This document shows, in pieces, positions 45,287-55,100 of a stretch of DNA of 60,485 bases. The stretch lies in contig SICV01000005.1 in NCBI GenBank assembly GCA_009694725.1, forward strand, positions 1 through 60,485. The letters are read 5' to 3'. Position 1 is the stretch's first letter; the number at the start of each line of letters is the position of its first letter. Origin of the DNA: Candidatus Pacearchaeota archaeon. Its GTDB lineage: Archaea; Nanobdellota; Nanobdellia; Pacearchaeales; GW2011-AR1. The position numbers and the translations under genes were made by a program. A model generated the notes under the pieces. It was not told where the DNA came from. It searched no databases and saw only the letters and a list, made by a program, of their open reading frames with translations.

Positions 45287-46087
45287 ATGAAACCATCAGA
45301 ACTCACTCCATTCCTCTATGACTTCTACGACCGAGAAGCACGAGTGATGCCCTGGCGAAGTAATCCTTCACCGTATGGCGTATTGGTCTCCGAAATCATG
45401 CTCCAACAGACTCAAGTCCCGCGGGTGATCGAAAAATACAACGAGTTCATGGAAACCTTTCCCACAATTCAATCACTTGCTGAAGCTCCAACAGATCAAC
45501 TCTTGAAAGTCTGGCAAGGCCTCGGATACAATCGCCGAGCATTGAATCTCCGCAAAGCAGCACAAGCTATCATCGCACAGCACAACGGAAAACTCCCTGA
45601 AACGCTTGAAGAACTCGATGCCCTTCCAGGCATTGGACCGGCAACCGCTGCCTCCATCTCTGCATTCGGGTTCAATAAGTCGGTCTTCTTCATTGAAACA
45701 AATGTGCGCTCGGTCTTCATTCATTTTTTCTTCAAAGGAACAGAAGAGGTCTCAGATGCGGAGATTCTTCCCCTTGTTGAGCAAGCCTTAGACAGAACAA
45801 ATAGTCGAAAATGGTACTCAGCTATCATGGATTATGGTACCGTGCTCAAGAAACAAGTCGTTAATCCGAGCAGAAAGAGCACACATTACACCAAGCAATC
45901 AAAGTTTGAAGGGTCTGAACGTCAATTGCGGGGGAAAATTCTCAAATTGCTTACCACTACACCTATGCTCTCAGTACAGAAACTTAAAGAGGAATTAGGA
46001 GATAATAGAATTCATGAAGTTATTAAGCAATTAACAGATGAGGAGTTTATTGTACAAGAGAAAGGCGTAATCAAACTTAAAAGTTAA
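45287..46087 (+). CDS. mutY: A/G-specific adenine glycosylase, short form without Fe-S cluster
   Basis: MPWR, VSEIMLQQTQV, WQGLGYNRRA, LPGIGPATA, IETNV; no Cys cluster. Confidence 0.9.
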   Translation: MKPSELTPFLYDFYDREARVMPWRSNPSPYGVLVSEIMLQQTQVPRVIEKYNEFMETFPTIQSLAEAPTDQLLKVWQGLGYNRRALNLRKAAQAIIAQHNGKLPETLEELDALPGIGPATAASISAFGFNKSVFFIETNVRSVFIHFFFKGTEEVSDAEILPLVEQALDRTNSRKWYSAIMDYGTVLKKQVVNPSRKSTHYTKQSKFEGSERQLRGKILKLLTTTPMLSVQKLKEELGDNRIHEVIKQLTDEEFIVQEKGVIKLKS

Positions 46088-46284
46088 AGAGCTTCAGCAG
46101 TTGCAAGAGTAGCAAGGGGAACATGCTTACTTGCTTACAAGATTTCAATGCCTATAGCTCGTCCATCTGCATCAAGATCTATGTTGAAAGTATTGCTTAA
46201 AGAAACAGTCTTTGCAACACGTTGAGACTTTTCAGTAACATAAATGTATGCAGCATCTGCTTCCTTATCGAACGTTATCTTCAT
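46084..46284 (-). pseudogene. DUF2283-like antitoxin with internal TAA
   Basis: MKITFDKEADAAYIY...NIDLDADGRAIGIEIL*ASKH; stop at 46137-46135. Confidence 0.75.
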
Positions 46285-46479
46285 GACTTGTCCATAACGG
46301 TGAGAATCGTTATAAATGTGTCCTTTACTATCTCCACAATTTTAAGAGAACGAAGACCAATCTTTTTATGAAATTCTGTAATGCCTTCGTGAGTAAGTGT
46401 ATAATCGGGCAAATGAATGCTGGCCTCTATCTCTTAGTCTCATCCGCTGAGAAGCATGTACGGTAAAGATAAGTCTCAC
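46281..46479 (-). pseudogene. DUF4258-like toxin, frameshifted
   Basis: VRLIFTVHASQRMRLR / IEASIHLPD...LKIV...ITILTV lie in different frames; stop overlaps the DUF2283 start. Confidence 0.65.
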
Positions 46480-46510
46480 TCAAGTAATCATTCATTCGTA
46501 TTTATAGAAG

Positions 46511-47404
46511 TTACGTTAAAATTCTTTCTTTTCCCATATTCCGTGTCTGCATCTCTACAAAACAGGCTTTCGAGCAACACCCCCCATGGGTCTGCTCACA
46601 ATCAATGCACACTACACAATACGCATCACAGGTAAGATGGCTACAATTACGATATAAATCGCAGGGCCGTGTACATAGTTCACATACGGTTAAAGGTTTG
46701 TTTTCAGTATTCACATTCGAAACCATTCTCCGATCAAAGACAAAACACGTTCCTTCCCAAACAGTGTCTGGGTGCGCTTTACCAAAGGTGAGAATCCCTC
46801 CCTCAATTTGGGAAACGTCTGCAAAACCATTTTCTTTCAAATACGCACTTGCTTTTTCACATCGAATACCTCCCGTACAATACATCACTACTTTTTTGTT
46901 TTTATAAGGTGCAAGTTCTTTGAGGGCAATCTTGGGAAAATCACGGAACGTTTTCATCGGCAACGTCACCGCATTCTTGAATTTTCCCACGCGCCATTCA
47001 TAGTCATTCCGGGCATCAACCACCACCACATCTTGCCCCGTTTCATATAAATGTAGAAATTCCTCTGGCTTCAGGTGGGTTCCTGCATTCGTCATATCGA
47101 CATCTGCACCCATGTTCAAAATAACGGGCTTCACTTTCACCACCATTTTCTTGAACGGATGACTCACCCCGATATCTTCCTTAAACGGCATACCTGCAAA
47201 CCGCGGATCAGCATGTACGGCCTGTTTATATGCTTCAATTTGTTCTTTCATTCCACTCACCGAACCATTCATCCCTTCTGAAGCGATCAGAATACGCCCC
47301 CGTAATCCTATCTGGTTACAAAGTGCAAGATGTTCTTTGGTAAATCGGGCAGGGTTATCCAACTGCACATACCGGTAATACAATAAGATGTGGATAGGTT
47401 CCAT
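46511..47404 (-). CDS. trhO: Rhodanese-domain TrhO/YceA family (tRNA U34 hydroxylase)
   Basis: LRGRILIASEGMNG, DARNDYE, MYCTGGIRCEKAS, GGIL, CFVFDRR, Cys-rich tail. Confidence 0.88.
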   Translation of the reverse strand: MEPIHILLYYRYVQLDNPARFTKEHLALCNQIGLRGRILIASEGMNGSVSGMKEQIEAYKQAVHADPRFAGMPFKEDIGVSHPFKKMVVKVKPVILNMGADVDMTNAGTHLKPEEFLHLYETGQDVVVVDARNDYEWRVGKFKNAVTLPMKTFRDFPKIALKELAPYKNKKVVMYCTGGIRCEKASAYLKENGFADVSQIEGGILTFGKAHPDTVWEGTCFVFDRRMVSNVNTENKPLTVCELCTRPCDLYRNCSHLTCDAYCVVCIDCEQTHGGCCSKACFVEMQTRNMGKERILT

Positions 47405-47450
47405 AGAAAGAAGGGTTCAAAATCCCTTATAAAACTAATGACTGAGGAGG

Positions 47451-47993
47451 TTATTTCTTCTTCCCATACGTCTTCTGATAGAGTGCCTGAGCAAGTTCAA
47501 CATCCTTCCACGCAGCACCCCGAGGCAAGAATTCCATGATCTGGCACTGTTTTCCTTCCAATTGCTTATAGTTCTCAAAAAAATGCTTTAATTCTTCCAA
47601 GAAGTGCTTCGGAATATCAGTCAGATCTTGATATTCAGTGTAGCGCGGATCAGCATCATATACTGCAATAATTTTATCATCTTTCTCCCCATTGTCAATC
47701 ATACGAGCAACACCTATCACTCGGGCTTCAACAAGCGTTAAAGGATAGGCGACCGAGCGAGTTGTAATAATAATGATATCTAAAGGGTCCCCGTCTTCCC
47801 ATAATGTTTGAGGTACGAACCCATAATCACCGGGATAATGCACTGCAGAAAACAAAAAACGATCAAGTTTTATGAGCCCACTCTCTTTATCTAACTCATA
47901 TTTCAATTTAGAGTCCTTCGGAATTTCAATAATTGCGTTCACAACGTGAGGGGCCTTTATTCCAACGGGAACTTCATGCCATACATTTACCAT
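47451..47993 (-). CDS. ppa: Inorganic pyrophosphatase (family I)
   Basis: KYELDK, YPGDYGFVPQT, DGDPLD, DDKII, HFFENYK. Confidence 0.96.
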   Translation of the reverse strand: MVNVWHEVPVGIKAPHVVNAIIEIPKDSKLKYELDKESGLIKLDRFLFSAVHYPGDYGFVPQTLWEDGDPLDIIIITTRSVAYPLTLVEARVIGVARMIDNGEKDDKIIAVYDADPRYTEYQDLTDIPKHFLEELKHFFENYKQLEGKQCQIMEFLPRGAAWKDVELAQALYQKTYGKKK

Positions 47994-48046
47994 GGGACTT
48001 CCAGCAACACGAGATCCCTTTTAAAGCTTCAGTACCTCTTGAGAGT

Positions 48047-48349
48047 GTGAAATCATCCCTTTTCCAACACGTCTATTCCCTTATGAGTCAAATACCTGGA
48101 GGGAAAGTCACCACTTACAAAACGCTCGCTCAGGCATGTAACCCTAAAGCATACCGCGCTATTGGCCACATCTGCAAGCGTAACCCTCATGCCCCTCACA
48201 TCCCCTGTTATCGCGTTATCAAAAGCAATGGTGAACTCGGAGGATATGCCTTCGGTATCCAAAAGAAAACGCAACTATTACAAAAAGAAGGTATTAAAAT
48301 GGTAAAAGGAAAAATTAAGCTCATAAAGTATCATTATACGTTTTTATAA
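48047..48349 (+). CDS. ogt: MGMT/Ogt family alkyltransferase domain protein
   Basis: IPGGKVTTY, RAIG, NP...IPCYRVIKSNGELGGY; GTG start inferred from TATA position. Confidence 0.85.
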   Translation: MKSSLFQHVYSLMSQIPGGKVTTYKTLAQACNPKAYRAIGHICKRNPHAPHIPCYRVIKSNGELGGYAFGIQKKTQLLQKEGIKMVKGKIKLIKYHYTFL

Positions 48350-48376
48350 AAAAAGTAGGACATATAGTTTGGAGTA

Positions 48377-48592
48377 TTATTCGCGCCCCACTAATCCCAG
48401 ACTCGCCCCTTCCGTTAGGACAACAATCTCGGAATTGTAGTAGTTACAAAGACGATATCTCCCCGTACTACACGTAAACTGGACTGTAGATTCAGGCACT
48501 TCTTTACCTGACTTTACTGCACAACAAAACGGGCGAGACTTGTCAAAAACAAAATGATATTCCAGGAAAGGGCAGGCAGACGGACCCATCAT
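48377..48592 (-). CDS. Small Cys-rich putative zinc-binding protein
   Basis: CPFL...CC...C...YRLC. Confidence 0.55.
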   Translation of the reverse strand: MMGPSACPFLEYHFVFDKSRPFCCAVKSGKEVPESTVQFTCSTGRYRLCNYYNSEIVVLTEGASLGLVGRE

Positions 48593-48879
48593 GAAAGGGA
48601 TAGCCTCCGTTCAGCAAAAAGAGGGCGCACACGATAACCTGTAGGAGTAAGGCAGTGAGTTCTAACATCGCGCACATCTGGCATGTACCTCTCCCTAATA
48701 TCAGCCCGACAAATCAGTTCTCCAACAGCAATTGTTTCCAAAAGCTGGCAATTAGTACATATTTGGGTACGATCTAAACGCTTCTGTTGTACATACTGTG
48801 CAACATGAGGCGGAAGTCCAAAAAGTGCATCCAAAAATTCAGGGGGAATCGAAAAAATAAAGCTCATACCGAAAACCAC
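48589..48879 (-). CDS. Small Cys-containing hypothetical protein
   Basis: CTNC...C...C...YRVR; 4-nt overlap with the next gene. Confidence 0.5.
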   Translation of the reverse strand: MVFGMSFIFSIPPEFLDALFGLPPHVAQYVQQKRLDRTQICTNCQLLETIAVGELICRADIRERYMPDVRDVRTHCLTPTGYRVRPLFAERRLSLS

Positions 48880-48903
48880 AAAAAAGGGTATAAAAAGCTA
48901 TTC

Positions 48904-49317
48904 TTAGGCTAGCGCAAGTAATACTTTTGCCGCAGCGCTCAAAGCCACAAGATCATAAGCGGTTAAGAGAATAAACAACTTCACAGGCTTTCCTTCCCCT
49001 AATACTTTCCCTAATTGCAAGGGCATCATAAAACCGAGCCAGAGCCAAAAAACAACCGTTACTCCTTCCATAAAGGTAGTAGCATCAGCATAGGCAAGAA
49101 AATGAGAAAGAATAGTGGCAGTCAGTACATTTACGATGACTGACGTAAGAATAATGACGCTCATCCTCGCCCCACCCACATTCGCTTTTTTCACTCCCGC
49201 AAGTTTCATCCACATTTTCCCAAACAACGGGCCATACCACACCCATCCAATCATTTGCATAGCGACCATTGCCACCAACGTATGCCAGAAAACTACGGTC
49301 ACCTCGGGAAATGCCAT
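48904..49317 (-). CDS. DUF1761 family membrane protein
   Basis: IGWVWYGPLFGKMW, FWLWLGF. Confidence 0.85.
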   Translation of the reverse strand: MAFPEVTVVFWHTLVAMVAMQMIGWVWYGPLFGKMWMKLAGVKKANVGGARMSVIILTSVIVNVLTATILSHFLAYADATTFMEGVTVVFWLWLGFMMPLQLGKVLGEGKPVKLFILLTAYDLVALSAAAKVLLALA

Positions 49318-49377
49318 ATCTCCTTTAGCGCTCACGATTATATAAAGGTTTTTATAGGGAAGAAAGAAGAAAAAAAT

Positions 49378-49725
49378 ATGAAACGAATGCCTTCAACACA
49401 AGCACTTGCACGAGAATTAAACACCACGCCACCCGGGGAAATCTATCATCTAATGGGAAGGGTCTCGGTTAACTCCCTCATGCAAACCACTGCACCCAGC
49501 ATCTATTGGGCAGACGGGGCATTAATGCTTACTGCAGATACAAGTCATCGCTGGACAGTAACCTATCAAAATCACCTTCCAGAAACGGGGCTCTATTTTG
49601 AAACTAATGGACATTTTGAATGTGCTACTCAAAAAGGGAAAGGCGAGCATATACGTGTTGAACTCGGCGGATCATTGGAAGGACAGGTACTCACATTCAC
49701 CCCAAAGGGCGATTGTTTTGTGTAA
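49378..49725 (+). CDS. Hypothetical protein, possibly OB-fold-like
   Basis: Start MKRMP about 21 nt after TTTTATA. Confidence 0.5.
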   Translation: MKRMPSTQALARELNTTPPGEIYHLMGRVSVNSLMQTTAPSIYWADGALMLTADTSHRWTVTYQNHLPETGLYFETNGHFECATQKGKGEHIRVELGGSLEGQVLTFTPKGDCFV

Positions 49726-49830
49726 TTCTGACGAGTAAATAATGTAATAACAAACGAGGGCGCATTACAAAAAATAAGTATCTCGTACCTTATCTAATAT
49801 TAACTAACCTATTTTGAAATCATAAAAAAA

Positions 49831-50060
49831 TTACTTCTTTTTTGTACATTCACTAGCTTGCAAAACCTGTGAGTTATAGGCTAAAAGAACCATACACACA
49901 ACCACAACCCAGCTTGCCCAGAAAGGAACTGCAAACCCGGCAATTATTGCAGGGGAACCCATAAACGCACGAATAAGATGGGCAAGCCCAATAAAGACAA
50001 ACAAAAACCAGGTTACCGAAAGATAAGTCTTGAGACTAAAGCACAAAGGTATCTGAGGGG
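49831..50060 (-). CDS. Small 2-TM membrane protein (start uncertain)
   Basis: FVFIGLAHLIRAF...VPFWASWVVVV. Confidence 0.5.
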
Positions 50061-50095
50061 CGGAAGTATATAAATCTGGCCTTCTCAAGAAAACT

Positions 50096-50722
50096 ATGTA
50101 TCTCTCACTCTTAGTCATCAACATTCAGCGAATCAACTACAACACTGTTTCTCTGAAAACAACCAGGCCTACAGGATTCTCATTTGTCCCGGGACATTCA
50201 TGTCTTTTACACCTACCCGGAACAGAACAACATACTGCCAGGGCATTCACCTTTATCTCAACAAATCAAGACCCCCATCTTGAATTTCTCATTAAAAAAT
50301 CAGCAGATCCTAAAAGTATTACTCATCTCTTCATGACCGCGAAACCAAACGACGTACTTACGCTAACGGGCCTCTTTGGCACCCATCGTTCCACCGGTCC
50401 CGGCACGTTCATCGCTGCAGGCATCGGCATCGCCCCTTTTCTGGCGATTGCTCGCTCACATCCAGACCTAGCGAAAGAAAGCACAGTAGTGTGGTCACTC
50501 AAACAAGCCACGGATATCATCTACGAACTCGAACTCAGACAACGATTCAAGGACGTTATCATCACCCTCACGCAAGAAACACATCCAACCTATCAGCACG
50601 GAAGAATAACCAAAGAACTCCTTACTGCTGTCCCCTTACATACTATACAAACCTGCGGAAGTTATGAGTTTAATAAGGAAATGAATCTTCTTATTGCTAA
50701 ACTAAATCAAAAATTGCAGTAA
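50096..50722 (+). CDS. FAD/NAD(P)-binding oxidoreductase (FNR-like)
   Basis: FVPGH, RAFTF, FIAAGIGIAPFL, GRIT, TCG. Confidence 0.8.
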   Translation: MYLSLLVINIQRINYNTVSLKTTRPTGFSFVPGHSCLLHLPGTEQHTARAFTFISTNQDPHLEFLIKKSADPKSITHLFMTAKPNDVLTLTGLFGTHRSTGPGTFIAAGIGIAPFLAIARSHPDLAKESTVVWSLKQATDIIYELELRQRFKDVIITLTQETHPTYQHGRITKELLTAVPLHTIQTCGSYEFNKEMNLLIAKLNQKLQ

Positions 50723-51782
50723 CATTTTTATCAACGCCCAGGATCATATAACAAGTGCCGTTACCCGAACATGGTGCGCCCCAACTAGTCTGTTGAGACC
50801 AGCCTATAAACGTTGACCCCGGAGCAGGAGCAGCACTAAGATCTGCAGCAGTATATTCTACGAATGAAGCTGAACAAATAGAACCACAATCGATAACTCT
50901 ATTAGCAATTAAGTTAGTTACTGTACCTGTTCCCGTGCCTTGTTTAAAGACTTGCAAAGTGACTGTTCTCGTTTGATTTTGTTGAGTTTGTGAAGAAGAA
51001 CAAGGGAAAGATTCAGAAGGCTTAATTTGTTGAGTGCCACAAGAATTACTTTCAGTACATATACGAGCTTGAAAATTGTTTTGACATACACTCCAGTCAG
51101 TACAAACCCAATTTTCCAAGCAGGTTTGTTGAAATGAGGTAGAATTTTCAGAAGAAAAAGAATCGCTAGTGGGGGGAGCTAATGAATCAGAAGGGGGTAA
51201 TTCAGAAGTGGCTTCAAGGGAAGTAATCTGAGAAGAGAGAGTTATTTCTTGCCAACCTTGGTGCTCGCACACGATATCGGATTCCACATCGGTACCAATG
51301 CTGAAGTTTCCAGCTTGTAATGAGAGAAACATCTGTGCAAGTGCTTCTAGAGAATAATAACAGGTATTATTGAGTCCACGCATAAGTGCATCTACTTCAA
51401 GATTGCGAGCAATTATTTCTGGAGGAATTTCGGAATAAAAAGCCCGTGAAGAATTGAGAAGTTCAGTATACATAATACATGTTGTACCGTTCATCCCTTT
51501 CAATTCATAGAGTGAAGTAGAAGTCTGATTAAAATTAAAAATAGTCATGTCGATAGTAGTCGTATACACTAAACGAGCAGGTGCACACGTCTCTACTGCT
51601 TTCATAAAGCCTTCCAAATCAGAACCATACTCTTTGAGAGATACATTTTCTCGAGACATCAAAGAAAAAGCAATGATAAGACTAACAACCAAAAGTATTC
51701 CGACTCCTCCTAAAATGTACACCCATAATTTAAATGAAGAACTTGTTTCCTCTGAAGGAACTATGGGGGAAGATTCATCCAT
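50697..51782 (-). CDS. Membrane-anchored surface protein with Cys/Trp module and C-terminal repeat domain
   Basis: N-terminal TM; CLENWVCTDWSVC...RICTESNSCGT; GTGTGTV...CGSICSASF...GSTFIGWS...VTAIF. Confidence 0.7.
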   Translation of the reverse strand: MDESSPIVPSEETSSSFKLWVYILGGVGILLVVSLIIAFSLMSRENVSLKEYGSDLEGFMKAVETCAPARLVYTTTIDMTIFNFNQTSTSLYELKGMNGTTCIMYTELLNSSRAFYSEIPPEIIARNLEVDALMRGLNNTCYYSLEALAQMFLSLQAGNFSIGTDVESDIVCEHQGWQEITLSSQITSLEATSELPPSDSLAPPTSDSFSSENSTSFQQTCLENWVCTDWSVCQNNFQARICTESNSCGTQQIKPSESFPCSSSQTQQNQTRTVTLQVFKQGTGTGTVTNLIANRVIDCGSICSASFVEYTAADLSAAPAPGSTFIGWSQQTSWGAPCSGNGTCYMILGVDKNVTAIFDLV

Positions 51783-51783
51783 A

Positions 51784-52476
51784 TTAATTATGTTTCTTAC
51801 CCATCAATCGTAACAAGCTCAAGAACAAGTTGATGAAGTCAAGGTACAAAGTAAGCGCACCCATAATTGCTTCTTTATGATCTTCATCAGTTCCTTCATT
51901 CCCCAGAATATTCATTTGTTTAATCTTTTGAATATCATATGCAGTCAATCCCGTGAAGATAAGCACGCCTAAGACTGAAATAATCAAATCAAGCGTACTA
52001 TTCCCTAAAAAGAGATTCACAATCGAAGCAATAATAATCCCTATCAACCCAAAGAACAAAATAATCCCAATGCGGGACAAATCGGCCTTGGTAACCCACC
52101 CATAAAATGCCATTCCTCCAAAGATACCTGCGGAGACCACGAACGTGAGGAAAATCGAACTAATAGAATACACAAGCAAAATAACGGATAACGTTAACCC
52201 GGTTAAAAGGGCATAGCCCAGGAATAAGAACGTTGCGGTCAAGGCAGACACTCGTTTCACCGCTAACACAAGCACAAATACTAACAGCAATTCAATAATG
52301 ATCAATGCATAAAATAACCAGGTACCTAAAATAGCATTTGCAAGCGTTTTATTAGTCGCAACGACGAACGCAGCAACCGCACTAACCAGCATCCCCAAGA
52401 ACATCCACATGAATACTTTCTGCATATACCGTTGGGTTTCACTTCCTTCGTGCGAACGAATAACTTTTTGCTTCAT
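51784..52476 (-). CDS. Bax inhibitor-1/YccA family protein
   Basis: KVFMWMFLG, TAYDIQKIK, GALTLYLDFINLFL. Confidence 0.92.
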   Translation of the reverse strand: MKQKVIRSHEGSETQRYMQKVFMWMFLGMLVSAVAAFVVATNKTLANAILGTWLFYALIIIELLLVFVLVLAVKRVSALTATFLFLGYALLTGLTLSVILLVYSISSIFLTFVVSAGIFGGMAFYGWVTKADLSRIGIILFFGLIGIIIASIVNLFLGNSTLDLIISVLGVLIFTGLTAYDIQKIKQMNILGNEGTDEDHKEAIMGALTLYLDFINLFLSLLRLMGKKHN

Positions 52477-52702
52477 ATTCTTGTTGATTCTTTCTTTCTT
52501 TAAAAGTTTTATGTATGTTGCTTGCGAAGCACAACATATATAAACAAGTTCATCATCCCCATACTATGGAAAGAGGACAGACACAGCATTCTATCTGGAT
52601 GAATAATACTAGTTACGCTGCAGTCAAAACAGTCCTCTTTACCCCCCGTTCCTGCAACTAATCGGATACATTCCGGTTGTTCTGCAGGTTCAAAGACTTC
52701 TT

Positions 52703-53050
52703 ATGAAACTTCACACTTCTCCCCCACGTCCTGGAACACAGCCGGCCACTGCCTTACATGCGAAGCTTATTGCTCAGCAGTTACAAGCGCAACGAAAGGG
52801 TTTGCTCATTCCTGACACGCTCGTACAAGAAGTACTCACCTATGCACGCAGAAATGCGCATGCATTTGCTCCTCGAGCCCTACACACGTGTTGCCCTGCC
52901 TGTTTGAAAGCACACGCATATGTCCAAGCGATGAAACATAATCTCTCAGATGAAACACAAAACATTGTGCTCAAAGTATTTCCCGGAGTAATCGGACATG
53001 AGGGATATTATACTGACGAAGAAACATTAATACCAGTACCTGAGTTCTAG
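52703..53050 (+). CDS. Hypothetical protein
   Basis: 115-aa ORF with CCPAC. Confidence 0.45.
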   Translation: MKLHTSPPRPGTQPATALHAKLIAQQLQAQRKGLLIPDTLVQEVLTYARRNAHAFAPRALHTCCPACLKAHAYVQAMKHNLSDETQNIVLKVFPGVIGHEGYYTDEETLIPVPEF

Positions 53051-53075
53051 AAAGTGAAGTATCAGAGGTTTTCAC

Positions 53076-55013
53076 CTAATCGCGAAAACCCTGACGCTTC
53101 ATAAATCCTTTAATAAAATTATTATGTCTATCTCGGCGAGAAATAGATTTCAATTTCCAGGCATTACGGTCATGTATTTTCTCACAACGAGTCGTTGAAG
53201 CAATAAATTTATGGGCTTCATCAGAAAGCAAGACTATTTTTGGAGCATAATCTGCAAGTTTCTTTGTAAGGAGCAAGGTATTGCCGAGTGCTGTATATTT
53301 GAATGGTTTTTCTTCAATAATCAATTCTCCAAAATGAATACCTACCCCATAATCAATTTGAGGGTTACCTTTGATATTATATTCATCTAATGCTCCCTGA
53401 ATATGTTCTGCTGCTTGTACTGCACGCATCATGACTGCATCTTCACCTTCAGCATGAGTAAAGAATGCTACCCAGGTTCCCGGACTTTGTTCTTGTACAA
53501 TCGCACCACTTGCGTGTGCTTCTTGAACAGCATGTTGCACAACAGAACGAACCTGTCCTTGCACAGAAGCATGATTCTTTATTCGTACCACTAATACCGG
53601 CAAATGTCTTCGTTCTCCTTTATCAATCAGTTGTGTTTTCTTTTCAGGGAAGGTAAATGATCCTCCTGCAGGACGAGTCGTATAGGATTGAGAAGAAGGG
53701 GAACTCGTTGCATAATCGGGTTTACCAATTTTCCTGTAATAATAAAATGCAGTAATTCCCAAAAGTAAAATTAATAAAATCCACGCAGTTGAAACATGAG
53801 AAATTAATCGCTGATCGGTAGGATCTTCAACCGAAATAGATTTTCCTGTTAAAAATGAACGCCCGGTAAATGAACTCGCCCCATCGGTTACTCCAACAAC
53901 ATAATCCCCATTCGGTGCATTTAACGTAAATGTTTTTTCTTCTTCTATTCCCAAACTAATTACTTTTGGTTCACGTACATCACCAATAATAATGTCCATT
54001 GTTTTATTATAAGGGACATTGCCCGTATTCATAATAGTTAATGTACCATTGGCAAGAGTAACAGAAACATTCAACACCACACCAACAGAAAATTGTCGAG
54101 TTACTTCAGTGCCATTTGCTTGAGCACGTATGGTCCAAACACCCGGAGGGGCAGAGGAAGACAAAGAATAGAAAGAAGTAGTCCCAGAGGTAAGTGTTTC
54201 TTGATGTATGACTGCACCTGTTGGGTCTCGTATCGAAAGATCTAAGGCAATATAATATGCTTCATGGGCCTGATCATACGCAAAAGAGGTGTAGGTTACT
54301 TTATTTCTGGGATAGAGCAAAGGAGCATTTAAAGCAATCTCTAATTCCTGTAATCTCTGTCCAATATGAATCGAAGTACTGGTTGCCCCAGTATTCAAGC
54401 CTTCACCTTCTGAAGCAGCTACTGAAAGGAGATACGCTTGTGAGCGAGCATCGGTAGGTAATACAAAGGAAAGGGTAAATACGCCATTTGTAATAGGCAC
54501 AGTTCCTGAAAGCGCTAATTCTTCACTTGAGTATTGTAACGTTCCTGTCGCGGTTTGACCGGTACGTTTAGCAACCGTACCATTGAATATAATCGTTGCA
54601 CCCGGTGCATGCACACCAAATGCCCCAGGAAGAGTAATCAGTAATTCAGTACTAATAGTAAACATGTTTGAATACACTTCTTCAGCTCCATACGAGGCAC
54701 GGAGAGCACACGAGCTTTTCAAACCCCCTATAAATGCAGTCGTCAACGGAACTTCGACAACAATCGATTTTTGTTCATTTGCGCCCAAAGTTAAAGGAGT
54801 TTTATACAATACTGCCTCATCATTCCCACAAACCAAAATAACTGAAAGATACTCCGTACCCGCAGTTGAACGACTAACACTCAGAGTGTTACTCAGAAGG
54901 TCTCCTAAATTATAAACGGCGTTTAAGGGACTAATACTCACCACAGCAAAAACGCCCGGTAGTAAGAATAAACTTAAAACAAAACACAGGACGAAAACCT
55001 CTTTTCTGAACAT
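53076..55013 (-). CDS. Single-pass membrane protein: signal peptide, Ig-like ectodomain, cytoplasmic degenerate class III nucleotidyl cyclase domain
   Basis: KGERRHLPVLVVRIK, RAVQAA, YGVGIHFGELI, YTALGNTL, VLLSDE follow the cyclase motif order. Confidence 0.7.
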   Translation of the reverse strand: MFRKEVFVLCFVLSLFLLPGVFAVVSISPLNAVYNLGDLLSNTLSVSRSTAGTEYLSVILVCGNDEAVLYKTPLTLGANEQKSIVVEVPLTTAFIGGLKSSCALRASYGAEEVYSNMFTISTELLITLPGAFGVHAPGATIIFNGTVAKRTGQTATGTLQYSSEELALSGTVPITNGVFTLSFVLPTDARSQAYLLSVAASEGEGLNTGATSTSIHIGQRLQELEIALNAPLLYPRNKVTYTSFAYDQAHEAYYIALDLSIRDPTGAVIHQETLTSGTTSFYSLSSSAPPGVWTIRAQANGTEVTRQFSVGVVLNVSVTLANGTLTIMNTGNVPYNKTMDIIIGDVREPKVISLGIEEEKTFTLNAPNGDYVVGVTDGASSFTGRSFLTGKSISVEDPTDQRLISHVSTAWILLILLLGITAFYYYRKIGKPDYATSSPSSQSYTTRPAGGSFTFPEKKTQLIDKGERRHLPVLVVRIKNHASVQGQVRSVVQHAVQEAHASGAIVQEQSPGTWVAFFTHAEGEDAVMMRAVQAAEHIQGALDEYNIKGNPQIDYGVGIHFGELIIEEKPFKYTALGNTLLLTKKLADYAPKIVLLSDEAHKFIASTTRCEKIHDRNAWKLKSISRRDRHNNFIKGFMKRQGFRD

Positions 55014-55100
55014 AATCTAAGTTCGCTTTACTCGTATATAAATCTTGCTTGAAAGTTGTCCACAAGACATATTTATATAGATGCAGAAACAAAGAAGGAA

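Noticed and set aside
52511-52541. Hairpin TATGTTG-CTTGCGAAGCA-CAACATA as an ncRNA
   Set aside because: Short and AT-rich between divergent promoters; may be an operator but there is no further support
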